Shown here: piece by piece, positions 1-9,881 of the stretch
Position numbering within the stretch: position 1 is the first letter of the stretch
Layout: each line of letters begins with the position of its first letter
Sequence record: DRR723986_4001
Direction: 5' to 3' (one strand)
DNA length: 38,618 bases
Translations under genes and position numbers: made by a program
Notes under the pieces: generated by a model
Database searches by the model: none
What the model was told of the DNA's origin: nothing
What the model saw: only the letters and a program-made list of their open reading frames with translations

Positions 1-300
1 TGGAAGATCAAGCTGCCGCTGATCCTGCCGTCCATCGGGATCATCTCGATCCTGACCTTCGTGGCCAACTTCAACGCTTTCGATTTGATCTATGCCGCGC
101 AAGGTGCGCTGGCCGGGCCGGATTACAGCACCGATATTCTTGGCACGTTTATGTATCGCACCTTCTTTGGCTTCCAGCTGCAACTGGGCGATCCACATAT
201 GGGGTCCACCATTGCCTCGGCCATGTTTGCCATCATCCTTGTCGGTGTGTGTCTGTACCTTTTCGGGATCCAGTCACGCATGCGCCGCTATCAGTTCTGA
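1..300 (+). CDS. Carbohydrate ABC transporter permease (CUT1), 5' truncated by the window edge
   Basis: Frame 1 is open from base 1 (WKIKLPLILPSIGIISILTFVANFNAFDLIY...) to TGA 298-300; MalF-type C-terminus. Confidence 0.9.
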   Translation, partial: WKIKLPLILPSIGIISILTFVANFNAFDLIYAAQGALAGPDYSTDILGTFMYRTFFGFQLQLGDPHMGSTIASAMFAIILVGVCLYLFGIQSRMRRYQF

Positions 301-310
301 GGAGACAGCC

Positions 311-1150
311 ATGAACGCCGCCCGCCAGAACCGCTTTAACACCATTGCCGCCCATGGCGCGTTGATCCTCTATACCTTGATCGCGCTCTTCCCGGTCTTC
401 GTGATCGTCATCAACAGCTTCAAGACCCGCAAAGCGATCTTTCGTGAGCCGCTGGCATTGCCCGGCGCCGACAGTTTCTCACTGATTGGTTATGAGACAG
501 TGTTGAAACAGGGGGATTTCTTTCTCTACTTCCAGAACTCGATGATCGTCACCATCGGATCGCTGTTCTTTATTCTGCTGTTCGGGGCGATGGCGGCCTT
601 TGCCTTGGCCGAATACCGGTTCAAGGGGAACACGGTCATGGGGCTCTATCTTGCGCTTGGCATCATGATCCCGATCCGCATTGGCACGGTCGCGATCCTT
701 GAGATGATGGTACAGACCGGGCTGGTGAATACGCTTTGGGCGTTGATCCTTGTCTATACGGCGCAGGGTTTGCCGCTGGCGGTGTTTATCCTGTCCGAGT
801 TTATGCGTCAGGTCAGTGACGATCTCAAGAATGCGGGCCGGATTGACGGGCTGAGCGAATACCGGATTTTCTTCAGTCTTGTCCTGCCTCTGGTGCGCCC
901 TGCGATGGCGACTGTGGCTGTGTTCAACATGATCCCGATCTGGAACGATCTTTGGTTCCCGCTGATCCTCGCCCCTGCCGAAGAGGTCAAGACCCTGACG
1001 CTGGGCAGTCAGGTGTTCATCGGGCAGTTTGTCACCGACTGGAACGCGGTGCTGTCTGCCCTGTCGCTCGCGATCCTGCCGGTTATGGCCCTTTACGTCA
1101 TCTTCTCGCGCCAGCTTATCCGCGGCATCACATCAGGAGCGGTCAAATGA
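311..1150 (+). CDS. Carbohydrate ABC transporter permease (MalG-type)
   Basis: GGAG RBS before ATG 311; EAA-like loop (DLKNAGRIDGLSEYRIF), WNDLWFPL motif, multiple hydrophobic helices. Confidence 0.92.
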   Translation: MNAARQNRFNTIAAHGALILYTLIALFPVFVIVINSFKTRKAIFREPLALPGADSFSLIGYETVLKQGDFFLYFQNSMIVTIGSLFFILLFGAMAAFALAEYRFKGNTVMGLYLALGIMIPIRIGTVAILEMMVQTGLVNTLWALILVYTAQGLPLAVFILSEFMRQVSDDLKNAGRIDGLSEYRIFFSLVLPLVRPAMATVAVFNMIPIWNDLWFPLILAPAEEVKTLTLGSQVFIGQFVTDWNAVLSALSLAILPVMALYVIFSRQLIRGITSGAVK

Positions 1151-2169
1151 AAGTCATCGTCGCCGGTCTCGGCAATATGGGGCAGAGCCATGCATTGGCC
1201 TATCACGCACACCCGAGTGCTGAAATTGTCGGGTTGGTCAACCGCTCTGCGGTCGAATTGCCTGCGGCCCTGCAAGGCTATCCGCGCCTGGGCACCTTTG
1301 AAGAAGGCCTTGCCCTGGCCCCTGATCTGGTCTGCATCGCCACCTATTCTGACAGCCACGCACAATACGCCATCGCGGCGATGGAAGCCGGAGCCGATGT
1401 GTTTATAGAAAAGCCGCTGGCCAACACGGTCGAGGATGCAGAGCGTGTCGTCGCCACGGCCAAAAGGCTCGGACGCAAGGTGGTGGTGGGCTATATCCTG
1501 CGCCACCATCCCAGCTGGCAACGGCTGATCACAGAGGCGCGGGCCTTGGGCGGACCGTATGTGTTTCGGATGAACCTCAACCAACAGTCGGACGGCCCCA
1601 CCTGGGAAACCCACAAGGCCTTGATGCGCGACACCAGCCCGATCGTGGACTGCGGCGTACACTACGTGGATGTCATGTGCCAGATCACCGACGCCGCGCC
1701 GGTGCGGGTAAGCGGCATGGGGTTGCGGCTGTCAGATGAGATTGCACCGGACATGTACAATTATGGCCAGTTGCAGGTTTGGTTCGCCGATGGCTCTGTC
1801 GGTTGGTACGAAGCCGGATGGGGGCCGATGATGTCCGAGACCGCGTTCTTCGTCAAAGATGTGGTGTCGCCCAATGGTGCCGTTTCGATCGTCGATAGTG
1901 ACAAGGGCGCATCCGACAATGTGGATGGTCACACCAAAGTGGGCGGATTGCTGGTGCATCGCGCCGAAGGGGACAGCCTGATCGAGCTGCCGGATGAGCC
2001 GGATCACCAACGGCTGTGTGATGCTGAGCAAGCCTTCATGATCGAAGCGATCACCAAAGATATCGACCTCACACGCCACATGAATGACGCGGTGCAATCT
2101 CTCGCGATTTGCCTTGCTGCGGATGAAAGCATCCGCACAGGCCGCCCCATAGACCTAGGAGATATCTGA
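1147..2169 (+). CDS. Gfo/Idh/MocA family NAD(P)-dependent oxidoreductase
   Basis: ATGA overlap with the upstream stop; GLGNMG Rossmann motif, EKP motif, DCGVH motif. Confidence 0.9.
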   Translation: MKVIVAGLGNMGQSHALAYHAHPSAEIVGLVNRSAVELPAALQGYPRLGTFEEGLALAPDLVCIATYSDSHAQYAIAAMEAGADVFIEKPLANTVEDAERVVATAKRLGRKVVVGYILRHHPSWQRLITEARALGGPYVFRMNLNQQSDGPTWETHKALMRDTSPIVDCGVHYVDVMCQITDAAPVRVSGMGLRLSDEIAPDMYNYGQLQVWFADGSVGWYEAGWGPMMSETAFFVKDVVSPNGAVSIVDSDKGASDNVDGHTKVGGLLVHRAEGDSLIELPDEPDHQRLCDAEQAFMIEAITKDIDLTRHMNDAVQSLAICLAADESIRTGRPIDLGDI

Positions 2170-3170
2170 TGACGGCTCTTACCCTGACCAACGTGTGCAA
2201 GTCGTTTGGCACCGTTGAGGTTCTCAAAGACATCAACCTGACCGTTGAGGATGGCGAGTTTGTGGTGTTTGTCGGCCCGTCGGGTTGCGGCAAATCCACA
2301 TTGCTGCGGGTCATCGCGGGCCTTGAAGATGCGACCAGCGGAACGGTGGATATCGGCGGTAACGTTGTGAACCACATCCCCCCTGCCAAGCGCGGCATTG
2401 CGATGGTGTTCCAGTCCTACGCGCTTTATCCACATCTCACTGTGCGCGACAACATGGCGCTGGGTCTCAAACAGGAAAAGCAACCCAAAACCGTCATTGA
2501 TGAGCGGGTGGGCAAGGCCGTCGAAATGCTTGACCTCGGCGCATACGTGGATCGCCGTCCGTCCGATCTGTCTGGCGGCCAACGGCAACGTGTGGCCATA
2601 GGACGCGCCATTGTGCGGGAGCCGAAATTGTTCCTGTTTGACGAACCGCTGTCCAATCTTGACGCCGCTTTGCGTATGAACACCCGGATCGAGATTGCCG
2701 AGCTTCACCGCACCCTCAGCGCCTCGATGATCTATGTGACCCATGACCAGACTGAAGCCATGACACTGGCCGACAAGATCGTCGTGTTGCGCGATGGCCG
2801 GGTTGAGCAGGTCGGCTCTCCGATGGAGCTTTATAACAACCCCGCAAACCAGTTTGTTGCCGGGTTTCTTGGCTCTCCCGCAATGAATTTCCTACACAAA
2901 GCGCCGCTGGCCATTCCAAAGAACGGTGCCTTGGGCATTCGCCCTGAATATCTGCGGGTCCAGAAAGATGGACGGATCAAAGGCACGGTCACTCATGTTG
3001 AGCGCCTTGGCGGAGACACCAATCTGTTGGTGTCCACCGCCGAGCAGGAACACCTTACTGTTCGGATCTTTGGTCAGGACAGCACGCAGGTCGGGGAGAG
3101 CATTCAACTGGATTTTGACGATCATCAGTCCTTTGCCTTTGACGAGCATCGCCAGAGGATCCCTGCCTGA
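2169..3170 (+). CDS. Sugar ABC transporter ATP-binding protein (MalK/UgpC-like)
   Basis: Walker A GPSGCGKS, signature LSGGQRQ, Walker B LFDEP, TOBE-like C-terminus. Confidence 0.95.
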   Translation: MTALTLTNVCKSFGTVEVLKDINLTVEDGEFVVFVGPSGCGKSTLLRVIAGLEDATSGTVDIGGNVVNHIPPAKRGIAMVFQSYALYPHLTVRDNMALGLKQEKQPKTVIDERVGKAVEMLDLGAYVDRRPSDLSGGQRQRVAIGRAIVREPKLFLFDEPLSNLDAALRMNTRIEIAELHRTLSASMIYVTHDQTEAMTLADKIVVLRDGRVEQVGSPMELYNNPANQFVAGFLGSPAMNFLHKAPLAIPKNGALGIRPEYLRVQKDGRIKGTVTHVERLGGDTNLLVSTAEQEHLTVRIFGQDSTQVGESIQLDFDDHQSFAFDEHRQRIPA

Positions 3171-3288
3171 TCCGGTGTTGGTGTCCTGGAAATCGGGCAA
3201 ACGATAGCAGATGGCAGCGAACTGGCCTTGCTGCCCAGAACGGCACCTTCCAAACTGCTTAGTTTTTCCAATATTCAGCCGATCACAG

Positions 3289-3327
3289 TAGACAAACGGG
3301 CCAGAACTTTGAATGGTAGCGCAAACA
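3289..3327 (+). promoter_or_regulatory. Putative sigma70 promoter with an overlapping LacI-type operator upstream of iolC
   Basis: TAGACA (3289-3294), 17-nt spacer, AATGGT (3312-3317); imperfect palindrome TGGTAGCGCAAACA (3314-3327) with central CG. Confidence 0.45.
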
Positions 3328-3396
3328 CTTACTTGAAACGCTGACCACGGTGAGCCGGCCCAAGGCCGATTTTCGCCGGTACGAAAGTTCAAACCG

Positions 3397-5286
3397 ATGA
3401 AGAAGCTGGACCTGATCACCATTGGACGGTCATCCGTCGATCTTTATGGCGCCCAAATCGACGGCAAGCTGGAAGATGTACGCGGGTTTCACAAATATAT
3501 CGGAGGATCCCCCACCAACACCGCCTGTGGAACTGCCAAGCTGGGGCTGAAGTCCGCAGTGATCACTGGTGTGGGCGACGAACACATGGGCCGCTTTGTC
3601 ACCGAAGAACTGGCGCGACTTGGCGTTGATACCGCAGGCGTGAAGGTTGACCCGGAGCGGCTCACGGGGTTGGTGCTGCTGGGCATTCGCGACAAAGAGC
3701 AATTTCCCCTGATTTTCTACCGCGAGAATTGCGCTGATATGGGGCTGACCCCGGACGACATAGATCCCGGTTTCATTCGGCAGGCACGTGCGCTGGTCGC
3801 CTCCGGCACCCATCTGAGCCATCCGCAAGTGGCCGCCTCCACCATCAAGGCATTGCAGATCGCGCGGGATGACGGGATGCAAACGGCGTTGGACATTGAT
3901 TACCGGCCCAACCTTTGGGGTGTGGCCGGTCATGGCGATGGCGAGAGCCGGTTTGTCGAAAGCGCCGAAGTGACGGCCAAATTGCAAAACACATTGCATC
4001 TGTTTGATCTGATCGTCGGCACCGAAGAAGAATTTCATATCGCGGGCGGATCGACAAATACCGTTGCGGCCCTGCGTGCGGTCCGGGACAAATCCGATGC
4101 CACGCTGGTGTGCAAGCTGGGCGCAAAGGGGGCTGTGGCCTTTACCGGCGGCATTCCTGATCATGTTGAAAGCGGTCCGGTTGTGCCGGGCTTTCCGATT
4201 GAGGTGTTCAACGTCCTGGGGGCCGGTGACGGCTTTATGGCCGGTTTGCTCAAAGGGTGGCTGGATGGGGAGAATTGGACGCGGGCGATCACATACGCCA
4301 ATGCCTGCGGCGCGCTTGCGGTGTCACGTCACGGCTGCACGCCTGCCTACCCTTCCCTGCAAGAGCTAGAGTTTTTCCTGTCGCGCGGGGTGACCCGGCC
4401 GGATTTGCGCAATGACGCCGAATTGAACCAAGTGCATTGGGCCACCAACCGCAACGGCGATTGGCCGGATCTGCGGGTCTTTGCTTTTGATCACCGGATG
4501 CAGTTGGAAGAACTGGACGGCGCAACCCCAGACAAGATCGGGCGCTTCAAAGAGCTGTGCCTCGACGCGGCGCAGCGCGTCGCCGGGGGGCAGGATGGAT
4601 ATGGGTTTCTGTGCGATGACCGGCTGGGCGAGACCGCATTGCACAGGGCGGCGGGCGGCAGTCTTTGGATTGGTCGTCCGGTTGAATGGCCGGGATCACG
4701 CCCACTGACGCTTGAGCCGTCCCTGGGGCCTGATTTTGGTGGGCTTGAAACATGGCCCGCAGGTCAGGTCGTGAAGGTCTTGTGCTTTTGTCACCCCGAC
4801 GATCCAGCAGAGATGCAACGCGCCCAAGAGGACACCATCACCCGCCTGTTCACAGCCTGCCGCCGCAATGATCTGGAGTTCCTGTTGGAGGTTATTCCGT
4901 CCAAAGTTGGTGATGTCGCGGATGACACAACCGCCCGATTGATCCGGCGGTTTTACGAGATTGGCATTTTTCCCGATTGGTGGAAACTTGAGCCGATGCA
5001 ATCGGCAAACGCCTGGGATCTGGCCAGCGCAGCGATCACGGACAATGATCCGCACTGCCGGGGCATTGTGGTTCTTGGGCTGGGCAAGGACGAGGCGGAG
5101 CTTGCTGCCAGTTTCGAAATTGCCGCGAAACAACCTTTGGTCAAAGGGTTTGCTGTGGGGCGGACAATCTTTGCCAAAAGCGCCAAAGCCTGGATGAAAG
5201 GCGAAATGTCTGACGCCGATGCGGTGGCGCAGATGGCTGCGATCTACCAACGTTTATGTGACATCTGGGACAAGGCGCGGGGCTGA
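3397..5286 (+). CDS. iolC: Bifunctional 5-dehydro-2-deoxygluconokinase / DUF2090 aldolase
   Basis: N-terminal LDLITIGRSSVDLYG, PfkB motif VLGAGDGF, C-terminal FAFDHR...PDWWKLEP...GFAVGRTIF domain; 629 aa. Confidence 0.93.
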   Translation: MKKLDLITIGRSSVDLYGAQIDGKLEDVRGFHKYIGGSPTNTACGTAKLGLKSAVITGVGDEHMGRFVTEELARLGVDTAGVKVDPERLTGLVLLGIRDKEQFPLIFYRENCADMGLTPDDIDPGFIRQARALVASGTHLSHPQVAASTIKALQIARDDGMQTALDIDYRPNLWGVAGHGDGESRFVESAEVTAKLQNTLHLFDLIVGTEEEFHIAGGSTNTVAALRAVRDKSDATLVCKLGAKGAVAFTGGIPDHVESGPVVPGFPIEVFNVLGAGDGFMAGLLKGWLDGENWTRAITYANACGALAVSRHGCTPAYPSLQELEFFLSRGVTRPDLRNDAELNQVHWATNRNGDWPDLRVFAFDHRMQLEELDGATPDKIGRFKELCLDAAQRVAGGQDGYGFLCDDRLGETALHRAAGGSLWIGRPVEWPGSRPLTLEPSLGPDFGGLETWPAGQVVKVLCFCHPDDPAEMQRAQEDTITRLFTACRRNDLEFLLEVIPSKVGDVADDTTARLIRRFYEIGIFPDWWKLEPMQSANAWDLASAAITDNDPHCRGIVVLGLGKDEAELAASFEIAAKQPLVKGFAVGRTIFAKSAKAWMKGEMSDADAVAQMAAIYQRLCDIWDKARG

Positions 5287-5290
5287 CCAT

Positions 5291-6343
5291 TCAGGTCAGC
5301 TCCAACGCATCCTTGTTAAAAGGCACCTCACGGCGGCTGCCGTCTTCACCGCACAGAACAAGATGTTCGTCTGCCAACTCGACCGAGCGAATGGCCGCGC
5401 CGGAGGGCCAGGCAACTGCGCCGATCACATGCGAGACCGACATGGCGCACTCATTGTGCAGCTTGAGGTCTCCCGGTCCGCTCAGCGAAAGGCCGTGATT
5501 GACGCCCAACATGTGCTGGGCTGCGCCCTCTTCGACGCCCAGACATCCCGTATGGCGCCCTGACCACGGCGGGTAATCACGACCGCCATTGGAATGCCAC
5601 AGCATCGTCATCGGCAATTGGTCCGCACGGCGCAGCGACAGGAACACATCCCCCTCGGTCGGCCGCGTGACGGCTGTCCAGCCCAAAGTATGGCCGGGAG
5701 CCTCAACCCCCGAAACAAAGTCCTCATGTCGGTCAAACCAAGGGTAACGGGTCAGATCAACCGTGCCTTCGCGGGCAGGAAACGCAGCCGGATCGGTGGC
5801 GGTCGCCGGATAGGACAGCCCGGACCGGCCTCTGGCGACATCGGGTTCGAGCGGCGATGGCGGGGTCACCCAAGCCTGTTTGGCCGAGGTGCGAATCAAC
5901 CCGCCATTGGGCAGCGAAACATTGGCATGGTTTGACACCGGCACCCGGCCAGAGCCGCCAATGAATGTGTGCCGCTGATAGACAAACGGCTGATCCGGGC
6001 ACAGCCACAACTCTTTGGTCAGGGTCGCGCCCTGAACCGGTTTGGTCAGGCGGGCAGACAAACGATCCGGCGATGCGTTTTGCAGATGCCAGCGGGCGTT
6101 GGGTGGCCAGCCATGAGGCGGCGCGCCGTCCTGTGCTTCGCCAAAGGGCGCACAGAAAAAATCGCCACCCAAATGATAAAGGTGTGGCGGCAATCCATCG
6201 GGCAGAACCTCGCCGGTCTTGTCCCAAGGGGCACGATGCAGCGGCGCGATTTCCCGCGCCCCGTTCATCACCGCAAAGCGGACGATCTGGCCCAAAGAGG
6301 GATCAAACGTCAGGCGAATACCGCGAGAGGCAAGCACAATCAT
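5291..6343 (-). CDS. Hypothetical protein, probable galactose-mutarotase/aldose-epimerase-like fold
   Basis: About 350-aa ORF directly after the PanB-like gene; motifs GDFFCAPFG, HGWPPN, SNHAN, LGVEEG. Start may instead be TTG 6366, overlapping the upstream stop. Confidence 0.65.
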   Translation of the reverse strand: MIVLASRGIRLTFDPSLGQIVRFAVMNGAREIAPLHRAPWDKTGEVLPDGLPPHLYHLGGDFFCAPFGEAQDGAPPHGWPPNARWHLQNASPDRLSARLTKPVQGATLTKELWLCPDQPFVYQRHTFIGGSGRVPVSNHANVSLPNGGLIRTSAKQAWVTPPSPLEPDVARGRSGLSYPATATDPAAFPAREGTVDLTRYPWFDRHEDFVSGVEAPGHTLGWTAVTRPTEGDVFLSLRRADQLPMTMLWHSNGGRDYPPWSGRHTGCLGVEEGAAQHMLGVNHGLSLSGPGDLKLHNECAMSVSHVIGAVAWPSGAAIRSVELADEHLVLCGEDGSRREVPFNKDALELT

Positions 6344-6362
6344 GTCGAAGCGCCAATGCCGC

Positions 6363-7166
6363 TCAAGACCGTGTCTCAAGTTGGTTGCGAAAGGCGTCCA
6401 ACTCATTTTCGGGCATCTTCACCAACTGCTCGTCCTGCGGAAAAGCGCCGGTTTCAACATCCGCGACAAACTCCTGAAACGCCGCGATCCGCTCATTTTG
6501 CAGGCGGTCATACTCGGCCTGAAAATCGCGGTAGACTTTGGCGTGGCGGGGAACGCGGCCTTCGGTATAGCCAAGGATGTCATTGGAAAAGAGGTATTGC
6601 GCATCGCAGCCCGCACCCGCCCCCATGGACCACACAAGGATGTTGACGCGTTTGGAAATCTCGGTCGCCACTTCTTCTGGCACCACTTCCAATTCTATCG
6701 CAATAGCCCCGGCGTTTTCATAGGCTTTCACCTCGTCGAAGAGGCGCAGTGCATCAGCGGCGGTTTTACCAACCGCGCGAAACCCACCCGTCCACGTGGC
6801 GCGGGCCGGTACCAGACCGACATGTCCGACAACGGGAATATACTCCCGCGCCAACATCTCGACCGTTTGCATCGAGCCAGAGCAATAAAGCGCATCCGCT
6901 CCGCGTTCCACTGCGTCATTGCACCAGCGCAGGTAATCCAGCGGCGTGCCGCATTGCGTGTGGGTTTGCCCGGTCATGGAAAATATCGACGGAGCAACCT
7001 CACGGTAACGCGGATCGAACAGAATTTCAGGCGGCACCGAGGCAATATCGACCCCGGCGGTTTCGGCGGCGGCGGCCTCTTCTATTGTGAAATACCGCAA
7101 CATGCTCAGTTGTTTTTTGCCTTTGAGCGCACGCAGATCGGCAACGGTGGGCAATTTGCGGCTCAC
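6363..7166 (-). CDS. Divergent 3-methyl-2-oxobutanoate hydroxymethyltransferase (PanB) family protein
   Basis: GHVGLVP, GAIAIELEVVP, GAGAGCDAQ...DILG and GAFP motifs of PanB present; N-terminal metal-binding motifs missing. Confidence 0.85.
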   Translation of the reverse strand: MSRKLPTVADLRALKGKKQLSMLRYFTIEEAAAAETAGVDIASVPPEILFDPRYREVAPSIFSMTGQTHTQCGTPLDYLRWCNDAVERGADALYCSGSMQTVEMLAREYIPVVGHVGLVPARATWTGGFRAVGKTAADALRLFDEVKAYENAGAIAIELEVVPEEVATEISKRVNILVWSMGAGAGCDAQYLFSNDILGYTEGRVPRHAKVYRDFQAEYDRLQNERIAAFQEFVADVETGAFPQDEQLVKMPENELDAFRNQLETRS

Positions 7167-7474
7167 GGTACGTTCACGAAAACCCGGTCGCCCTCTTTCT
7201 TGGTTTCATATGTGCTCAGATGCTCGCAAGCCGGAGCGCGCAGAGCCTTGCCGGTGCGATAATCAAAGATCCCGTTGTGGCGCGGGCATTCGATTTCGTG
7301 ATCCATGACCATCCCGTCAGACAGGTGGACATGTTCGTGTGTGCAAAGTCCGGCAGTGCAGAAAAATTCGTCATCGGGGCTGCGGATGATCACATAGGTT
7401 TTGTCATTATGGTCCCAGCGGATAACGTCTTCTTCTTCGACATCATCCGCGGCAATTGCGTCAATCCAGGGCAT
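7163..7474 (-). CDS. mocE: Rieske [2Fe-2S] ferredoxin, MocE-like
   Basis: CTHE...CPRH ligand motifs; 103 aa; adjacent to a mocD-like gene. Confidence 0.88.
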   Translation of the reverse strand: MPWIDAIAADDVEEEDVIRWDHNDKTYVIIRSPDDEFFCTAGLCTHEHVHLSDGMVMDHEIECPRHNGIFDYRTGKALRAPACEHLSTYETKKEGDRVFVNVP

Positions 7475-7503
7475 GTATTGCTCCGTTTGGTTAGGTGAGG
7501 GGA

Positions 7504-8640
7504 TTAGCCCGCATCGCTGCGGTCCGGCACATGTTTGTGCAGGAATTCGTTGTAGGGTTTTGCCGTTGGCGGCAGCATCTTGCGCACCGCATAGCTGGGA
7601 TCGCGTCGTTGCTTCATCACCGCGCCCATCATCTCTTTGTAGCCATCCCAGATTGAGGTGTTCGGCGCGGGCAGGTCATGTTTGATCTCATCATGCAACG
7701 CGGGCAGCGCATAATAGGGCACCATGGGAAACATGTGGTGTTCGATGTGATAGTTCATGTTCCAGTAGATCCAGCGGCTGATCGGATTCATATAAAGCGT
7801 GCGGGAATTCAGACGGTGGTCGGTCACGTCCTCGGGCAAACCGCCATGCTGCAACAGCCCGGTCATCACCATATGCCAACAACCATAGACACGCGGACCG
7901 CCAATCAGCAGGATCGGGATTGCAGATTTCCACCCCATCCCATTTGCCAGCATCAGCAGAACTGCCAAGCCCACCAGGGCAAAAAGAGAAAGATGCACAC
8001 GCGCCCAGAACACCGCCTTTGGCCATTCGGTTTCTGGGATGTAATTCCTTTCATCATCGGACAAAACGCCCCGTGCATTGCGCACCAACACCTTGAGTGA
8101 GGCCCAAGTATCGACAACGCCGACAAAGGCCAGCGCCTTGAAAAACAGGTTGACCGGATGCATCCAGGCTATCTCGGGATCGCGCCCAACGATAAGCGTA
8201 TCGGTGTGATGGCGGGCATGGCTCCAACGCCAGTTCACCGGGTTTCGGATGATCTGGAACGAGGCAATGTGATAGACCACATCGTTCATCCAGCGGGTGC
8301 GAAACGGGGTGCCGTGGCCACATTCATGCCAGCGGCTGTCGCAGGCCGAACCATAGATCACCCCATAGGCCAGCCAGAACGGCACTGCGATCCATGAGCC
8401 CCAGAAATAAATCCCTCCAGCCGCAAACAGAACATGGAGCGCGATCCAGATGGCTGTATCCCGCAAGGCCGGACCGTCACGCCGTTTCATCAACGCCTTC
8501 ATGGTCTTGCGGGGGACATCGCTGTGATACCACTCAGCCGCAGCAAGCCCGACCTCCTCGGCATGGCGGCTTGATGCGCCGGTCAGCGAATAGTCTCGGA
8601 CAGGAGAAATCTCGGAATGTGGCTGGGCTGCGTCGCTCAT
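7504..8640 (-). CDS. mocD: Fatty-acid-desaturase-family membrane di-iron oxygenase, MocD-like
   Basis: Three His boxes HECGH, HARHH, HIEHH; hydrophobic segments; followed by a Rieske ferredoxin. Confidence 0.85.
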   Translation of the reverse strand: MSDAAQPHSEISPVRDYSLTGASSRHAEEVGLAAAEWYHSDVPRKTMKALMKRRDGPALRDTAIWIALHVLFAAGGIYFWGSWIAVPFWLAYGVIYGSACDSRWHECGHGTPFRTRWMNDVVYHIASFQIIRNPVNWRWSHARHHTDTLIVGRDPEIAWMHPVNLFFKALAFVGVVDTWASLKVLVRNARGVLSDDERNYIPETEWPKAVFWARVHLSLFALVGLAVLLMLANGMGWKSAIPILLIGGPRVYGCWHMVMTGLLQHGGLPEDVTDHRLNSRTLYMNPISRWIYWNMNYHIEHHMFPMVPYYALPALHDEIKHDLPAPNTSIWDGYKEMMGAVMKQRRDPSYAVRKMLPPTAKPYNEFLHKHVPDRSDAG

Positions 8641-8714
8641 CGGCTCTCATCTGGTTGTCGTTTCTGGCGGCGCGCAATTGTCGATCCCGCTTTTGGTCCG
8701 CGCACTCTGACTTC

Positions 8715-8860
8715 GGGTTCGGTCCAATGTCTTGGGTTCGGTTGCAGCCCGCAAGGCGACAACACATCAGATCACATCAGACAGGCGTACGATCTGTGGT
8801 TTAACCTTCTGAAATTATGGCAACCGATATTTCGTTTGGCTTGGAAACAGACCGATGTGA
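8715..8860. repeat. Short direct and inverted repeats in the divergent mocD/SDR intergenic region
   Basis: GGGTTCGGT at 8715-8723 and 8734-8742; CACATCAGA at 8763-8771 and 8773-8781; near-inverted copy CCGATGTGA at 8852-8860. Confidence 0.4.
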
Positions 8861-9089
8861 GGTAATTTGATGGAATTGATCGGGACTATCCCTCCCTGCC
8901 CGGTCACTATCTGTACCAAGGATTTGATTCGATCTTTGGAGAGCGCCGGTGCCACGCAGAACAATCTGGGATATCGCCCAACGTGTTGTCATCCCAGCGG
9001 ACATTTTCACGGATCTTGCCCCCTGCCCTCACGGCGCAAATTTCTGACCCAATCGGGCAGCCATCTTTTCACACAGAACGGACCCCGCG

Positions 9090-9881
9090 ATGACACAAGA
9101 TCTCGAAAACATGGCTCTGGTCATCACCGGTGCAGCCAGCGGCATTGGCCGGGCGGTAGCAATCGAGGCGGCGGAACAAGGCGTGCGCCAGATACTCGCC
9201 ACAGATCTCAACGCAGAAGGTTTGGCGTCACTGAGCGATGCATTAAAGGGGCGGACCGAGGTGTCTTGCGTTGTGGCCAACCTTGCGGAGCCAGAGGCCG
9301 CGCAGCAGATAGCCGAGAGTGCGCGAACGGCGTTTGGCCGGATCGACGGGCTTGTCAATGCGGCGGGGATCACCAACCGTGCCAGCGTTGTCGATGGCAC
9401 AGCCGCAGATTTCGACACTATTTTCGCCGTCAATACCCGTGCGCCGTTCCTGCTGATGCAAGAGGCCATCAAAGATATGCAAAACCGCCAGGCAAGCGGT
9501 GTGATCGTCAACATCCAATCAATGAACGCCCATTGCGGCCCGCCCGAGTTGGCGCTCTATGCTGCCTCAAAAGGGGCGCTGCAAACATTGACCAAGAACG
9601 CAGCCAACGCGCATCTGCGCGACGGCATTCGCGTAAACGGCATCAATCTGGGCTGGGTGCGGACGGAGGCCGAGCACAATATGCAGGCCAATATTCTGGG
9701 CCATGGCGCAGACTGGGAGAAAGAAGCCGGGCGCAAACTGCCCCTTGGGCGGCTGGTGTCGTCCGAAGAAACGGCGCGGAGCACGTTGTTTCTGCTGTCA
9801 CCGGCATCGGCCCCGATGACTGGCGTGAATCTGGACTTTGAGCAATCCGTGACCGGCGCCCCGAATGCAGGCATCGGCTGA
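9090..9881 (+). CDS. Short-chain dehydrogenase/reductase (SDR)
   Basis: TGAASGIG, NAAG and YAASK motifs. Confidence 0.92.
   Translation: MTQDLENMALVITGAASGIGRAVAIEAAEQGVRQILATDLNAEGLASLSDALKGRTEVSCVVANLAEPEAAQQIAESARTAFGRIDGLVNAAGITNRASVVDGTAADFDTIFAVNTRAPFLLMQEAIKDMQNRQASGVIVNIQSMNAHCGPPELALYAASKGALQTLTKNAANAHLRDGIRVNGINLGWVRTEAEHNMQANILGHGADWEKEAGRKLPLGRLVSSEETARSTLFLLSPASAPMTGVNLDFEQSVTGAPNAGIG

Noticed and set aside
6219-7262. 347-aa plus-strand ORF
   Set aside because: Antisense shadow of the PanB-like and ferredoxin genes; no motifs; expected in GC-rich DNA.
8641-8760. Folate/ZTP-type riboswitch ahead of the mocD-panB operon
   Set aside because: No conserved riboswitch core recognised by eye; an Infernal/Rfam scan would be needed.
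8867-9841. 324-aa alternative-frame ORF over the SDR gene
   Set aside because: Arg/Ser/Pro-rich off-frame translation; the SDR frame carries all the motifs.
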